From NCBI GenBank assembly GCA_048882505.1, contig JBHLRO010000006.1, positions 25,485 to 89,484 on the forward strand: a DNA stretch of 64,000 bases, given 5' to 3'. Position 1 is the stretch's first letter, and each line of letters opens with the position of its first letter. The position numbers and the translations under genes were made by a program. This stretch comes from Candidatus Thorarchaeota archaeon (GTDB lineage: Archaea > Asgardarchaeota > Heimdallarchaeia > Hodarchaeales > Hodarchaeaceae). Shown piece after piece: positions 46,577 to 56,819 of the stretch. The notes under the pieces were generated by a model. That model searched no databases. It was not told the DNA's origin and saw only the letters and a program-made list of their open reading frames with translations.

Positions 46577-47191
46577 TTACAGGTAGAAGCTCAAGATTCC
46601 AAACCTCCGATTTTCATCGTCTAGGATCTCAGTATATCGTTTCAGGATAGCTACACATATGAAGAGGCCAACCGCTGTTGTGAACACACCAAGGACCTGT
46701 GCGATCATAAGCAGCACCAGAAAACGTAGACCCCAGGATCTAGCCGATCGTAATTGACTTGATCGGTTATTGGATTTATTGTTGTTAATATGGGAAATCC
46801 TGTCAATCATAGAAAACCCGATCATTGGCAGCATTATCTGGATATCCGCAATTTCGGGATCCAGCTTGTTTAAGATTTGACGCAGAAAGTAGGTAGAGAA
46901 GCCTACGAAGATTAGATTATACATAATCCCTCTTGTCAGCCCCGAGAGTGGATTCACGGGACTGATCAATCCCCAATCACCGACCAGTGATTGGGGGGGA
47001 GCTAAGAAATAAGCAAGTCCGCCTACAGGAACATATTGTCCAGATATGGCGTCCCCTCTAAATGTTCCCAACAAATAAACCAGGATATCTGGCGAATTCT
47101 GGCCCCCACTTGTAAGAACATGCCAAACCAGCTGTGCCAGAAATGATAACCCTGAGAACATGACAGAAGTTATAATAACAGGAATAATCAT
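46577..47191 (-). CDS. integral membrane protein of unknown function
   Basis: 204 aa with 4-5 TM helices. It is co-directional with, and 27 nt downstream of, the 47219-48070 gene. Confidence 0.4.
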   Translation of the reverse strand: MIIPVIITSVMFSGLSFLAQLVWHVLTSGGQNSPDILVYLLGTFRGDAISGQYVPVGGLAYFLAPPQSLVGDWGLISPVNPLSGLTRGIMYNLIFVGFSTYFLRQILNKLDPEIADIQIMLPMIGFSMIDRISHINNNKSNNRSSQLRSARSWGLRFLVLLMIAQVLGVFTTAVGLFICVAILKRYTEILDDENRRFGILSFYL

Positions 47192-47218
47192 AAGATAAAG
47201 AATATTTCCCTGATACTC

Positions 47219-48070
47219 CTAGCTACGGTTCTCTTTTAGTCGGTTCTTGATGGCAATTGTGAACTTGAAAGCACCAAGGTAGTTTAGCAAGAGGAAAAAG
47301 ATAATAGTAACCAAAAAAGATAATAATGAATATGCAGGGAGGTTAAGGTTATTTTGGGGATCATATCGAAACAATAATGCCATTATTGCGGCAAACACGT
47401 CCTCATGACTGATCCAGGAAAGAAAGGCGAGTAAAAATCCTCGATTTGATAAAATGCCGCTTTTACCCTCTGAAACTGCTTGGATAGAAAAAAGGTACAT
47501 GAATAGATCAAGCCCTATTGTACTAAGGATAAATAAGGCTATACCAGAGCCATACCCCCAACCTTTGGCTACAACTTCATCTAGGTAGATTGCAATAATC
47601 CCCCCTATAATTAATTGGACAAAGATGCAAAGTTGCGCAGGTAACGGTAGTTTAGTGCCAAAAAATCCGCTGAACGTTACTAAAAGGGCGCCCAGGATTG
47701 TGAAAGTGATTGCCATACCTTTTAGGATTGCATTGTAGCTAATTTTTCCTCTTAAGGACTCCAAATCGTTTTCAGCGGTTTTTTTAAACAGGAGAAGTTG
47801 CATAACAAGGCCAGCCAGAAGAATCGGAAATATCCCCAGTGTTCCTATGTATCCCAAAGGCGGAGCATAAATCACCCTGAAGTAAGCAAAGGGATCTGCT
47901 TCTCCAACGTTTGCCAGAATTAATGGTATGGAAATCAAAAGGGAGTACCCTGTAAATGCCATGAATGTCCACAAAAGCTTCTCCTTAGGGGAAAGATCCT
48001 GTGAAGGGTGTTTAACCGTGGGAAATGTTGTCCCAATCCGTCTGAAAAATTCAAGAAACATCGGTATCAT
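47219..48070 (-). CDS. polytopic integral membrane protein of unknown function
   Basis: 283 aa with about 8 TM helices. Possibly forms an operon with 46577-47191. Confidence 0.45.
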   Translation of the reverse strand: MIPMFLEFFRRIGTTFPTVKHPSQDLSPKEKLLWTFMAFTGYSLLISIPLILANVGEADPFAYFRVIYAPPLGYIGTLGIFPILLAGLVMQLLLFKKTAENDLESLRGKISYNAILKGMAITFTILGALLVTFSGFFGTKLPLPAQLCIFVQLIIGGIIAIYLDEVVAKGWGYGSGIALFILSTIGLDLFMYLFSIQAVSEGKSGILSNRGFLLAFLSWISHEDVFAAIMALLFRYDPQNNLNLPAYSLLSFLVTIIFFLLLNYLGAFKFTIAIKNRLKENRS

Positions 48071-48695
48071 GTTTTTTCCTCACTAGGATATTTTCGACCG
48101 TCATATTACGAAAAAGATCTTCCCAGGATAAAAGACACTATCAACCGGACCAAGAATGAGAATAATCCAAAGACCGCAAGTCCAACTGCTGTTTTTTGCA
48201 CGAGCGTAATAACTTCTGATTTTGTCGGAGGATTGGAAATTAACAGAGGTTGTGAGTCCTCCCGAAGTGATCTGCGAGATGCCCTCTTCTCCTCTGAGTT
48301 TTCCATTGTCAAATACCTAATACTCTTGTTTTTTGGGAATAAATGTAATGACCTATTCACGAAAGGAGATTAATAACTTAAATTAATCTTGCGTTCCCAT
48401 ACAACGTCCAAATTAATTTATGATGCTGCTAAGGGCGTTATATTTTATTACTTCTAGTACAATAATTTGACATTGCCTTTCCCTGACGTTTTTCTCTGTT
48501 CCCATTTAATAGGGGCGCTATAATCGCTGATATGAAGATACACGGAGGCCCCGTGTTCCTAGCGGGGATAGTTGTTTACGTGTTCTGTTTTCTCTTTGGA
48601 TTCGTTTATTACAATATCAAACCGATCCCATATTAATCCAAAATTAGGTTCCCCCTCCAATTTGGAAGATGCCCTGAAAAATCCATATAATTGGA

Positions 48696-49715
48696 TTGAC
48701 GGAGGTTGGTTTTCACCAAAAACATGGAAATTTTATCATGAAAGCAATTGTTCTCCCCGAGTACGGAGATCCAGATGTTCTTCAGCTCAAAGAGGTAGCG
48801 GATCCTGTCCCGCGAGAAAATGAAGTTAATGTAAAGATCGTTGCAGCCTCCGTCAACGCCACGGATCTGGAAATTGTGAGGGGAGACTTCATCGTTCGTC
48901 TTTCAAGCGGATTACGACAACCTTCCAATACAAGACTCGGTTGTGATTTTGCTGGGCGCGTTGAATCAATTGGAAAAAACGTAACGCAATTTGAACGAGG
49001 CGATGAGGTTTACGCGGATTTAATGTACCAACGTCGCGCCTATGGCGCTTTTGCAGAATATGTCTGTATCCCTGAAAAATCATTACGATTGAAACCTGCC
49101 AGTATGACATTTGAGGAGGCTGCTACCATACCTCAGGCTGGGGTTCTCGCCGTACAAGGAATTCGAGGTAAAAAGCCACCTCTTTCTGGGCAAGAAGTGT
49201 TAATTAATGGTGCAGGTGGTGGTGTAGGAACCTTTGCGATTCAGATTGCCAAGTATTTCGGAACCAAAGTCACTGCTGTTGATAATGAGGTTAAATTGGA
49301 TATGATGCGTTCGCTTGGTGCGGATCATGTCATTGATTATACCAAACATGATTTTACAAAAAGCGGAAAACAATATGATCTCATTCTTGATGTCGTTGCC
49401 AAGCGAGGTATTTTCGCCTATAGACGTGCATTGAAACCCACGGGCATCTTCCGTATGGTGGGCGGAACCACTGGGCGAATATTCCAAATTCTATTTTTTG
49501 GAACCCTGGTTTCACGATTCTCTAGTAGAAAAGTAGGTGTTCTTATGGGAAATCCAAACAAGAAAGCAGATATGGATTTTTTAGCTGAACGGTTTGAAGA
49601 TAAAACGGTAGTGCCGATTATAGACAAAATTTATCCCTTAAATGAAGTTGCAGAGGCGCTTCGGTATCTTAAAGATGGATATGCCAATGGAAAGTTAGTG
49701 ATCAAGATGGAATAG
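48696..49715 (+). CDS. medium-chain dehydrogenase/reductase (NADPH:quinone oxidoreductase / Zn-ADH superfamily)
   Basis: The likely true start is the ATG at 48738 (MKAIVLPEYGDPDVLQLKEV...). Has the GroES-like N-domain and a Rossmann motif VLINGAGGGVGTFAIQIAKYFG. Confidence 0.8.
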   Translation: MTEVGFHQKHGNFIMKAIVLPEYGDPDVLQLKEVADPVPRENEVNVKIVAASVNATDLEIVRGDFIVRLSSGLRQPSNTRLGCDFAGRVESIGKNVTQFERGDEVYADLMYQRRAYGAFAEYVCIPEKSLRLKPASMTFEEAATIPQAGVLAVQGIRGKKPPLSGQEVLINGAGGGVGTFAIQIAKYFGTKVTAVDNEVKLDMMRSLGADHVIDYTKHDFTKSGKQYDLILDVVAKRGIFAYRRALKPTGIFRMVGGTTGRIFQILFFGTLVSRFSSRKVGVLMGNPNKKADMDFLAERFEDKTVVPIIDKIYPLNEVAEALRYLKDGYANGKLVIKME

Positions 49716-49813
49716 GCTGGATTATTGGGTTTCGTCAACCGTCTTCACTTATAATCTAAGCAATCCATCAATAATAACAGGTAAGATTTATAATCTAGAC
49801 GTGTGTTCGGTTT

Positions 49814-50662
49814 TTGAACAGTGTCTTGGCAGAGATGGCAAAGAGTGAAGTTAAATCCACCGTGATTTGTGTTTTACTGATAATTGTTTACTGGAATTTT
49901 CTATTTGATGTAAACGGAAATGACGACATACCTATAACTCCGAATGATAAATTCTTCACTCAATCAATTGACCTGTTTGATATTGATCCAGACAGCTATA
50001 GATTAGAGGTTAGTGGCGAAGTAGCCAATCCCTTAAGTTTAACACTTGACGAAATAAAATCAATGCCTGTAACCTCAGAAATTGTACGGTTGACGTGTGT
50101 TGATTATAAACAGGGAGCGCTCTCATTAACAGGAGTTGCTAATTGGACTGGCGTCAGACTGTCTCACATTTTGAATCTATCAGGGATAAATTATCTCACT
50201 GCAAAAGATATCTCCTTTTATACTCCTGATTTAAGTCCTTACGGATATACAACCAGTCTAGCATTAGAAGAGGCGTTTTGGGGTGATGTCATTCTTGCTT
50301 ATGAAATGAATGGAGAAATTTTGCCAAAGGAACATGGATTTCCTATACGACTTGTCTGTCCTCGATTTTTCGGATATAAATGGATCAAATGGATAACTCA
50401 TATCAACGTAACGACGATTGATTATCATGGTTATTGGGAGAATAGGGGTTATAACGATACACCTTATGTAGATGTACCTCTTCCTATTTATTATTCCCCA
50501 GTTGGATCAGACATACCAATCCCCGACGTAACATCCAGCGAGTCAATATCTAATCAATCAAAGTCTACACGCTGGCCAGGTATGGAGATAATCCTTCCTA
50601 TGCTAGCAATAGCTGCAATCACACGAGTAAAAATTGATCGAAGGAAGGGAAGACAACAATAA
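49814..50662 (+). CDS. sulfite-oxidase-family molybdopterin oxidoreductase (YedY/MsrP-like catalytic domain) with N- and C-terminal TM segments
   Basis: 282 aa. LTLDEIKSMPVTSEIVRLTCVDYKQG... contains the conserved Cys Mo ligand. EMNGEILPKEHGFPIRLVCPRFFGYKWIKWITHINV is the GxPxRLxxPxxxGxKxxKWxxxI signature. TM segments at residues ~14-33 and ~255-272. Confidence 0.65.
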   Translation: MNSVLAEMAKSEVKSTVICVLLIIVYWNFLFDVNGNDDIPITPNDKFFTQSIDLFDIDPDSYRLEVSGEVANPLSLTLDEIKSMPVTSEIVRLTCVDYKQGALSLTGVANWTGVRLSHILNLSGINYLTAKDISFYTPDLSPYGYTTSLALEEAFWGDVILAYEMNGEILPKEHGFPIRLVCPRFFGYKWIKWITHINVTTIDYHGYWENRGYNDTPYVDVPLPIYYSPVGSDIPIPDVTSSESISNQSKSTRWPGMEIILPMLAIAAITRVKIDRRKGRQQ

Positions 50663-50887
50663 GAGCATTTAGGGTTTTGAATCTTCCCAAGAGCTCAGGT
50701 CGGTTATGACTACGATATCGCTTTTCTGGAATCTTCCTCGATGGTTTCTTAATTCTTAACGGCCGATTTTCGATTGTAATAGGAACTCAAAGATTGGTTG
50801 GCTGGCAGGTGTTCCCCTAAGGTAGCCTGTTTTGCAGCAGCAACTTGTTAGGTACGTTTTAAATGGGTTTTAATTCCTGACGAAATT

Positions 50888-52069
50888 CTAGAGAGTCAAT
50901 GGAGGGATCTCTTCAGGAGATGCATATATCAACTCATAATCAGCTGTCCCGAGGCCTACGGCTTGGCAGAACTCAAATAGTCTCGAATCATCGAACTTAG
51001 TTTCTCCTGGTTCTTTACAGTTGAGTATGTCGGCTTCAGTCCCCATAATTCCTGCAGCCTTATTGACAAGATCTAGGGAAGCTCGATCGATCGCTACGGG
51101 GTCATTACTTACAAGAATACCGATGTCAGGAACGATAGGAATGCTATTTAACGATCTACAATCACAGCCCGTGACAATATCATATGCTACGTTGATGTAA
51201 GTGAATCTATCTTCACCTACTAGATCAATAACAGTTCTACTGATATCTGCAATATATTTCTGTAAGAGGACTTCACTATGTTTTCCTTCTGGGTAAAAAG
51301 CTTTCAAAGGACATAAACTCTTGCAATTTCCACAGAGAAGACAATACCTTTCATTAATTCGGGCCTTGTTGTTCACGATTTCGATGGCCGAAGGCGCTGG
51401 ACACTTACTGAGACAATTATCAGTACAACTACCACGATCGCACTTCTCCTTGTCAATGTGGAGGGGAGGGTCAAAATGAGCTAGAAATTTGCCAGTTTTT
51501 GTGGTGAGTCCAATACCCAGGTTTTTTAGAGATGCTGCAATGGATTCGCCACGAGTATAGGGAGAATGACCTTTAAAGTGAGAAAGACTTACTACATGAT
51601 CCATGTTTAAGATTCCCCGTGCTATCCAGGCTTCATCTAGAACCAGGCCATTGTTAACTCTAACCTTGACTCCGTCCACTCCCCAAAACCCGTCCAACAT
51701 TACTAATGGAGCTCTTACAGAACCAATAGTTAATCCGTGCCATGTTGCAGCCTCAAGATAGGCTTCTGCTGACTTTTTATGACCGAAGTATCCGTGTCCA
51801 CAGGTTTCGGCCAAGAAAGGGCGGCCCCCCGCCTGACGGATCACCTCAACAATGGTCCTATAGATAACTGGACGTAAGACATTCGGATTTCCAGGGTCCC
51901 CGAAGTTAGTTTTTATGCACACAAGGTCTTCATTGTTAATTTTTTCAGAAAATCCTGAATTAAAAAGGAGTTTTTGAAGTTTTCTAATAATACTGCCGCT
52001 TCTATCGCTCGGTTTTCGATTAGATAACCAAGCAGGGGAATAATATACCTTGCTGGCCAATGTTATCAC
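50888..52069 (-). CDS. Fe-S protein, DUF362-like with two 4Fe-4S ferredoxin-type cysteine motifs
   Basis: 393 aa. CDRGSCTDNCLSKCP and CLLCGNCKSLCP (CxxCxxCxxxCP-like). N-terminal ...DLVCIKTNFGDPGN resembles the DUF362 'IKPN' start. This is a pattern-level call. Confidence 0.45.
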   Translation of the reverse strand: MITLASKVYYSPAWLSNRKPSDRSGSIIRKLQKLLFNSGFSEKINNEDLVCIKTNFGDPGNPNVLRPVIYRTIVEVIRQAGGRPFLAETCGHGYFGHKKSAEAYLEAATWHGLTIGSVRAPLVMLDGFWGVDGVKVRVNNGLVLDEAWIARGILNMDHVVSLSHFKGHSPYTRGESIAASLKNLGIGLTTKTGKFLAHFDPPLHIDKEKCDRGSCTDNCLSKCPAPSAIEIVNNKARINERYCLLCGNCKSLCPLKAFYPEGKHSEVLLQKYIADISRTVIDLVGEDRFTYINVAYDIVTGCDCRSLNSIPIVPDIGILVSNDPVAIDRASLDLVNKAAGIMGTEADILNCKEPGETKFDDSRLFEFCQAVGLGTADYELIYASPEEIPPLTL

Positions 52070-52315
52070 CTTATTGCCTGATCGAAGATGATACGATTTA
52101 TAGAAGATAAGGTTTTTGAACGAATCTTTAAAAATTTTTATATATAAACGTCTTATGATTTAACAAATGTAAAAAACCATTCCTATTGGCGATCTTAAAC
52201 GCATAAAAGCGCCTAAAAAGGTATAGAATTACAGAAATTTATTGAAAGAAATATGTCGATTTGTTAAATAACAAAAAAAACTATCAAAGGTACTAACCAG
52301 AAAAATAATCAGGAG

Positions 52316-52726
52316 ATGAAGGTAATGGTTGAAATCACAGCTAATATGGAGAATTTTCTTCAAGAACAGAGAATGATTCGAGTCGCAACGGTGGCCCCCG
52401 ATGGATCACCTAATGTCGCCCCATTTTGTTTTTTTATGAATGAGGGTTCTGTTCACGTTTTGACAAGGCCAGAAACGAAGACAGTAAAGAATATAAGAAA
52501 AAATCCAGAGGTAGCTTTCCTGATAGATTCGTATGATGAGGATTGGAGCAAGAATAGATTTCTTATGCTCAAGGGTATAGCGACATTAATTGAGGATTCA
52601 AAGAAGACAGAGGAACTTCGGGCTGTTAGGAAGGCGAAATATCCCCAGCAAGCTGATGCGCCTCCTGACCGAAAGTGGACAGTAATCAGAATAAACCCTA
52701 CGACGATTTTTCCCTTTCGTATTTAA
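52316..52726 (+). CDS. pyridoxamine 5'-phosphate oxidase-like FMN/F420-binding split-barrel protein
   Basis: 136 aa. RVATVAPDGSPNVAPFCFFMNEGSVHVLTRPETKTVKNIRKNPEVAFLID matches the PNPOx-like split-barrel N-terminal pattern. AGGAG ribosome-binding site at 52306-52310. Confidence 0.6.
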   Translation: MKVMVEITANMENFLQEQRMIRVATVAPDGSPNVAPFCFFMNEGSVHVLTRPETKTVKNIRKNPEVAFLIDSYDEDWSKNRFLMLKGIATLIEDSKKTEELRAVRKAKYPQQADAPPDRKWTVIRINPTTIFPFRI

Positions 52727-52814
52727 TAGAAGAAGCATAAAATAATTATTGTTTAAAATAAAGTTCAAATTCTACTTCGTTTTGAAAACCTCGCTTATGG
52801 TGTGACCTAGGACG

Positions 52815-53267
52815 ATGTTGGATTCAAAGGACACTGAAATTCTCAAACTTTTGAAAAAAAACTCAAAAATACCTGCAAAAGAGATTTCAGATAAGGTTGA
52901 AGTCTCAATCCCCACGGTTTATTCACGAATCAAGAAAATGCAGGATAATCAAGTCATAAAGAATTTTACAATCGGGATTGATCATAAGAAGCTAGGAAAA
53001 AAGATTTGCGGCCTTTTGGGTTTAAATGTTCCATCTGCAAAAACGCATAAATTGGCATCCCAGTTCAAGGACTTAAAAGAAGTTTATGAAGTCTATATTA
53101 CAAACGGCCCAAGTAATATGATGCTAAAGATCCGAGTTAAAGATCTTGATGAGTTAAGAGAATTCGTAAGTGAGATTAGTAGAAATGGCGATATTCAAGG
53201 ATATCACGTTTATATTGTCATGGATACCATCCTTGATGAGTTTACGAGTTCCTTTAAAGGTGTTTAG
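52815..53267 (+). CDS. Lrp/AsnC family transcriptional regulator
   Basis: 150 aa. The HTH is DTEILKLLKKNSKIPAKEISDKVEVSIPTVYSRIKKMQDNQVIKNFTI, followed by a RAM-like C-domain. Its stop overlaps the start of the next gene (TAGATG). Confidence 0.8.
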   Translation: MLDSKDTEILKLLKKNSKIPAKEISDKVEVSIPTVYSRIKKMQDNQVIKNFTIGIDHKKLGKKICGLLGLNVPSAKTHKLASQFKDLKEVYEVYITNGPSNMMLKIRVKDLDELREFVSEISRNGDIQGYHVYIVMDTILDEFTSSFKGV

Positions 53268-54266
53268 ATGATGAGGGACGTTTTTGCTTGCCTTACTTTC
53301 GATTTGGAAAGAGACGTCAGTCGTATGCCCCCCACGTACAAAGGCATAGATGAAGCTCTTCCACTTCTTTTGGATATTTTCAAAGAACACCGGATAAAGG
53401 TAACGGGTAATCTCGCCACTAAGATCATTGAAGAAAGAGGCGATATTCTGAAAGAATTCTTTGCACAAGGTCATGAAATTTGCAACCATGGATATATGCA
53501 CCGCTTATACAAACAAGCCATTCGCTTACCGCTGTTGGAATACGAAAAAATCCTGTTTAAACAAATAGGCAGTCAAATAGATCTTCAAATCTTTTCAGGC
53601 TTTGATCCTATACCGTTTACGGATAAAGCTGAAGTCTTCAACATGATCGATGTCAGTACCGACCTAATTACAGATTTTTTTGGAAAGCGGCCGAATTCTT
53701 TTAAAATGCCTTTTCATTCGTTGGACTGGGATATACTGAGCTATCTGGACTCTAAAGACTATCTCGTTGATACTTCCATCCCCTATTGGAAATATTGGGA
53801 TTGGAAACCTCCTCATCATCCAACTTTCCATGAAATTGTGGACCAGGACGAATCCTTCAAGATTAGCGATAATGATAGAATGCCCTTAAAGCTCCTCGAA
53901 ATCCCTGCAAGTTTCGATCCGTCTCCAGATATCTTGGATAGCATGGAAGTAATCCATAGAACTCTGTCCATGCTTACAAGTAGAACATTGGGTATGAAAA
54001 GGGTTGAAAACCTTCTTGATCGGATAATAGAGAGAACTCCAGAATCTAATCCTGTGATTTTAGTATTTAAATGCTCTATATGGGAATTCACTGAACTAGG
54101 CCCTCTGGGTCCTATTGAACTTGAACAAAATTTTGGTTCAGCAGCTATTCGACTGTTAGAGGATTTATTTACCCTTTTAGAAGATACTCATAAAGCAAAA
54201 TACGTTACATTGACAGAATTAAGGGAATTTTGGGAAAGGAATCATTGTCCAGATCATACTTCCTAG
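53268..54266 (+). CDS. polysaccharide deacetylase (NodB/CE4)-like hydrolase
   Basis: 332 aa. FACLTFDLERDVS (a TFDD-like motif 1) and HEICNHGYMH (HxxxxH motif 2). Translationally coupled to the upstream Lrp gene. Confidence 0.45.
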   Translation: MMRDVFACLTFDLERDVSRMPPTYKGIDEALPLLLDIFKEHRIKVTGNLATKIIEERGDILKEFFAQGHEICNHGYMHRLYKQAIRLPLLEYEKILFKQIGSQIDLQIFSGFDPIPFTDKAEVFNMIDVSTDLITDFFGKRPNSFKMPFHSLDWDILSYLDSKDYLVDTSIPYWKYWDWKPPHHPTFHEIVDQDESFKISDNDRMPLKLLEIPASFDPSPDILDSMEVIHRTLSMLTSRTLGMKRVENLLDRIIERTPESNPVILVFKCSIWEFTELGPLGPIELEQNFGSAAIRLLEDLFTLLEDTHKAKYVTLTELREFWERNHCPDHTS

Positions 54267-54395
54267 TGTTATTTCTGTTCCGAAGCTTTTACCTAACAAT
54301 CATTGGTTTCACCGGTCCGACTCACGCTGTGAGGATTCTTGTTTTTGAAACCAAGAAACCGATGGATGATGGAACGGGAAGAGGGGCAAGTACAA

Positions 54396-55382
54396 CTATT
54401 CTATGAGCAAATTTCCGTTCCTTATGATGGGATCCCCATCAAGCGATATAGTTGGGTTTCTAGTCGACGAATCAATATGTGTGTTACTCTGGATAGTTCC
54501 CCCGAAATGTGTGTTTCCCCCGAATCCAATATGTCCTGAACCTGCAACTCTTTCATCTTCTATCAAATCTCCGATGTAGGTAGCTTTCGAGTTTGTCCCA
54601 CACCCTACTTCACAAATCCAATAAGAGTTTTCATCACCTGCAGATAGAATCTTACGAAATTGTTCCGCCTGTTCTGAGTCTCCTAGGATTTTTCCGATCC
54701 CATCGGTAACTTCGACAGTTATTGGTGGATCTATCAATCCCATGGATTGAATGCTCCCGTTGATTACCCATTTACCCTCTGCACAACCTTTTTGGAGAGG
54801 CACTGCGACTACCCCTGAAGGAAGGGACGTAAGTACCCCTTTCTCCTTGCACAGACCATCAAAATACATTGCCTTCATCCCTTTCAGGGAGAAATGGATA
54901 TCTGTACCTGCAGAACTCCTTACATCTGCTTCTTTCGCCTCAGAAAATCTTTTTGCCACTTCTCTGGTGATCTTAGACAGCCTGTCGTAATCAAGATCAA
55001 AGCAGCGTCGGATCATGCTTATATCGGCTCTACTCATCGAGAGGATTCTCGCGCCCTCATCCATTGCTTTTTTACGGGAGGAATGGGGAAAGAGCTTGGA
55101 ATTACAAATAACAATGAGATCGGAATGATTCATGAATTCTTGCAGGGCATCCGGAAGCATTTTCTCAGCTAAGAGGTCAGCGTGAGGCATAAACAAGATG
55201 GTTTTGCCTCCCAAACTTTCCGCTGCTTTTACAACAGACAATGGGATCTCTTCATTCTGTGAAAGATCCGAAATCACTAGTACGGACTCGCTTGGTTGAA
55301 GATTTGCACACTGTTTAAGATTTGACCTAATTATACCTTCTATTGACTTCATCTTTCTATAATCCAAACTAAATAGGTACAA
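54396..55382 (-). CDS. M29-family (aminopeptidase T/AmpS-like) aminopeptidase
   Basis: 328 aa. N-terminus IIRSNLKQCANLQPSESVLVISD...IPLSVVKAAESLGG parallels the M29 N-terminal 'LvnysL.vkkGekVlI...plvrav..ea.k.GA' pattern. C-terminus GSGHIGFGGNTHFGG...NTHIDSSTRNPTISLDGDPI matches the HIAxG / HxD metal-site region. Confidence 0.5.
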   Translation of the reverse strand: MYLFSLDYRKMKSIEGIIRSNLKQCANLQPSESVLVISDLSQNEEIPLSVVKAAESLGGKTILFMPHADLLAEKMLPDALQEFMNHSDLIVICNSKLFPHSSRKKAMDEGARILSMSRADISMIRRCFDLDYDRLSKITREVAKRFSEAKEADVRSSAGTDIHFSLKGMKAMYFDGLCKEKGVLTSLPSGVVAVPLQKGCAEGKWVINGSIQSMGLIDPPITVEVTDGIGKILGDSEQAEQFRKILSAGDENSYWICEVGCGTNSKATYIGDLIEDERVAGSGHIGFGGNTHFGGTIQSNTHIDSSTRNPTISLDGDPIIRNGNLLIE

Positions 55383-56802
55383 TAAGAGAATCGATAAATT
55401 CCCCTAGATCTTCAAGCTCTTCAAGGCGATTGACCTGCTCCCAGATCCTTTCGATGGATGGTGGTTCTAGGAATCCGTGTGTTAGACCGATAATTTTATT
55501 CTTCAAATCCTCATCAGACAATGGCGTATTAGGATCGCCTTTGGGGGATAGAACTGTGGATTCAACGGATCTACCATCTTGTAGCTTGACTTTTACAGTC
55601 GATGGCCATGGTCCTTGTTGAAGATTTCTTGTCATAAAGATTCTTTCAAACTCCTCATCCAGTTCTATTTTAGTGTGTTTGAGTAAATTGATAAATTTAG
55701 GATTTTGGACTTTTTCATGCCATTTGATGGGAAGATCGTGTTTGCCATCAACCAGAACCGAGACTACCTGGTATGGGTGGCTGAAAATCGCGTTAACATG
55801 TGAATGAAAAGAAAAAGTGGCCCGTCTGGCTGAATCGGAGTTTAATCGGATTATAACCTCCTCTATTTCATCTGGATGAACCCGCTCAACTTGAACCAGA
55901 TTCAATGCTGCTTCAATAGAAGCATGAAGAAACTTACATGCGGGCCAGGGTTTAAAATACCCCTCCTCTATTTTAAATCCTTTTGGGGTTCCTAATTTGT
56001 CCAAAAGCCCATTCCAGTTAACATCGCCAACAATTGACCTTCCTACGGCGGTTTTCCCTTCAAGAATATCTCTAGAGCCCAAAATACCATTTTTTGCCAA
56101 GAACGCGGATTGAACGGCCCTTCTTGATTCCTGCCCACATACCATGTCTTTTTCATGTCCCCCACTAATTGTATATTGGGCGCTTACTATTTGGGCTGAA
56201 GCAGCTAAACCCATTGCTCCAGCTATTTGTTCTTTAGTAAGGCCAAGAAGTTTGCCAGCGGGAATAACTCCCGCAAGCGGGGAAAGAACTACAAAGAACG
56301 GACTTCGCTTCGTAACCGTCAGTTCCGCAGACCGAAACAGGACATAAGCTAATCGAATATAGGCTTCATACCCAAGAGCTACTGCGGTCAGAAATTCTTT
56401 TCCGTTGGCCTGAACATTTTCAGCGACTGCCAGAGCTGTAGGAACCACACGATCATTGATATGTCCACCCATGAAATGTCCATCGCTAGCATCCAAAAAA
56501 TTCGAGAATACACTGTTGGCAAACGCAGCATCTTCACAGGTGGTTTTAAAACCAGTACCAAGAACTGTCGCTTCTTGATGACCAGCCTTTGTTCGAATAT
56601 ATGCTAAAAGATTTCTTATAAGAGAATGTTGAGTTCCATAACCTGCTAGTGCAATTCCTGCAAAATCAAAGATAACCTCTTTGGTTCTTTTGATGACTGA
56701 AGCAGGTAAGTCTTCAAAATCTGTGTTAATAACAAACTCCGCAAATTTTTCAGCAATAAAGCTGCTAGATTTTTCAGGTTCTGCAAGGACCATTATATCC
56801 AA
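55369..56802 (-). CDS. MmgE/PrpD family protein (2-methylcitrate dehydratase-like)
   Basis: 477 aa. The N-terminus SFIAEKFAEFVINTDFEDLPASVIKRTKEVIFDFAGIALAGYGTQHS is the canonical MmgE/PrpD opening. Confidence 0.8.
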   Translation of the reverse strand: MDIMVLAEPEKSSSFIAEKFAEFVINTDFEDLPASVIKRTKEVIFDFAGIALAGYGTQHSLIRNLLAYIRTKAGHQEATVLGTGFKTTCEDAAFANSVFSNFLDASDGHFMGGHINDRVVPTALAVAENVQANGKEFLTAVALGYEAYIRLAYVLFRSAELTVTKRSPFFVVLSPLAGVIPAGKLLGLTKEQIAGAMGLAASAQIVSAQYTISGGHEKDMVCGQESRRAVQSAFLAKNGILGSRDILEGKTAVGRSIVGDVNWNGLLDKLGTPKGFKIEEGYFKPWPACKFLHASIEAALNLVQVERVHPDEIEEVIIRLNSDSARRATFSFHSHVNAIFSHPYQVVSVLVDGKHDLPIKWHEKVQNPKFINLLKHTKIELDEEFERIFMTRNLQQGPWPSTVKVKLQDGRSVESTVLSPKGDPNTPLSDEDLKNKIIGLTHGFLEPPSIERIWEQVNRLEELEDLGEFIDSLIVPI

Positions 56803-56819
56803 CTCCTAAAGAGCTATGT

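Noticed and set aside
52131-52150. TATA-box-like 'tttttatatataaa' about 170 nt upstream of the 52316 gene
   Set aside because: The AT-rich genome produces many such strings. The distance to the start codon is long for an archaeal promoter (typically about -26 from the transcription start, with short leaders). It is not reported as a promoter without transcription-start data.
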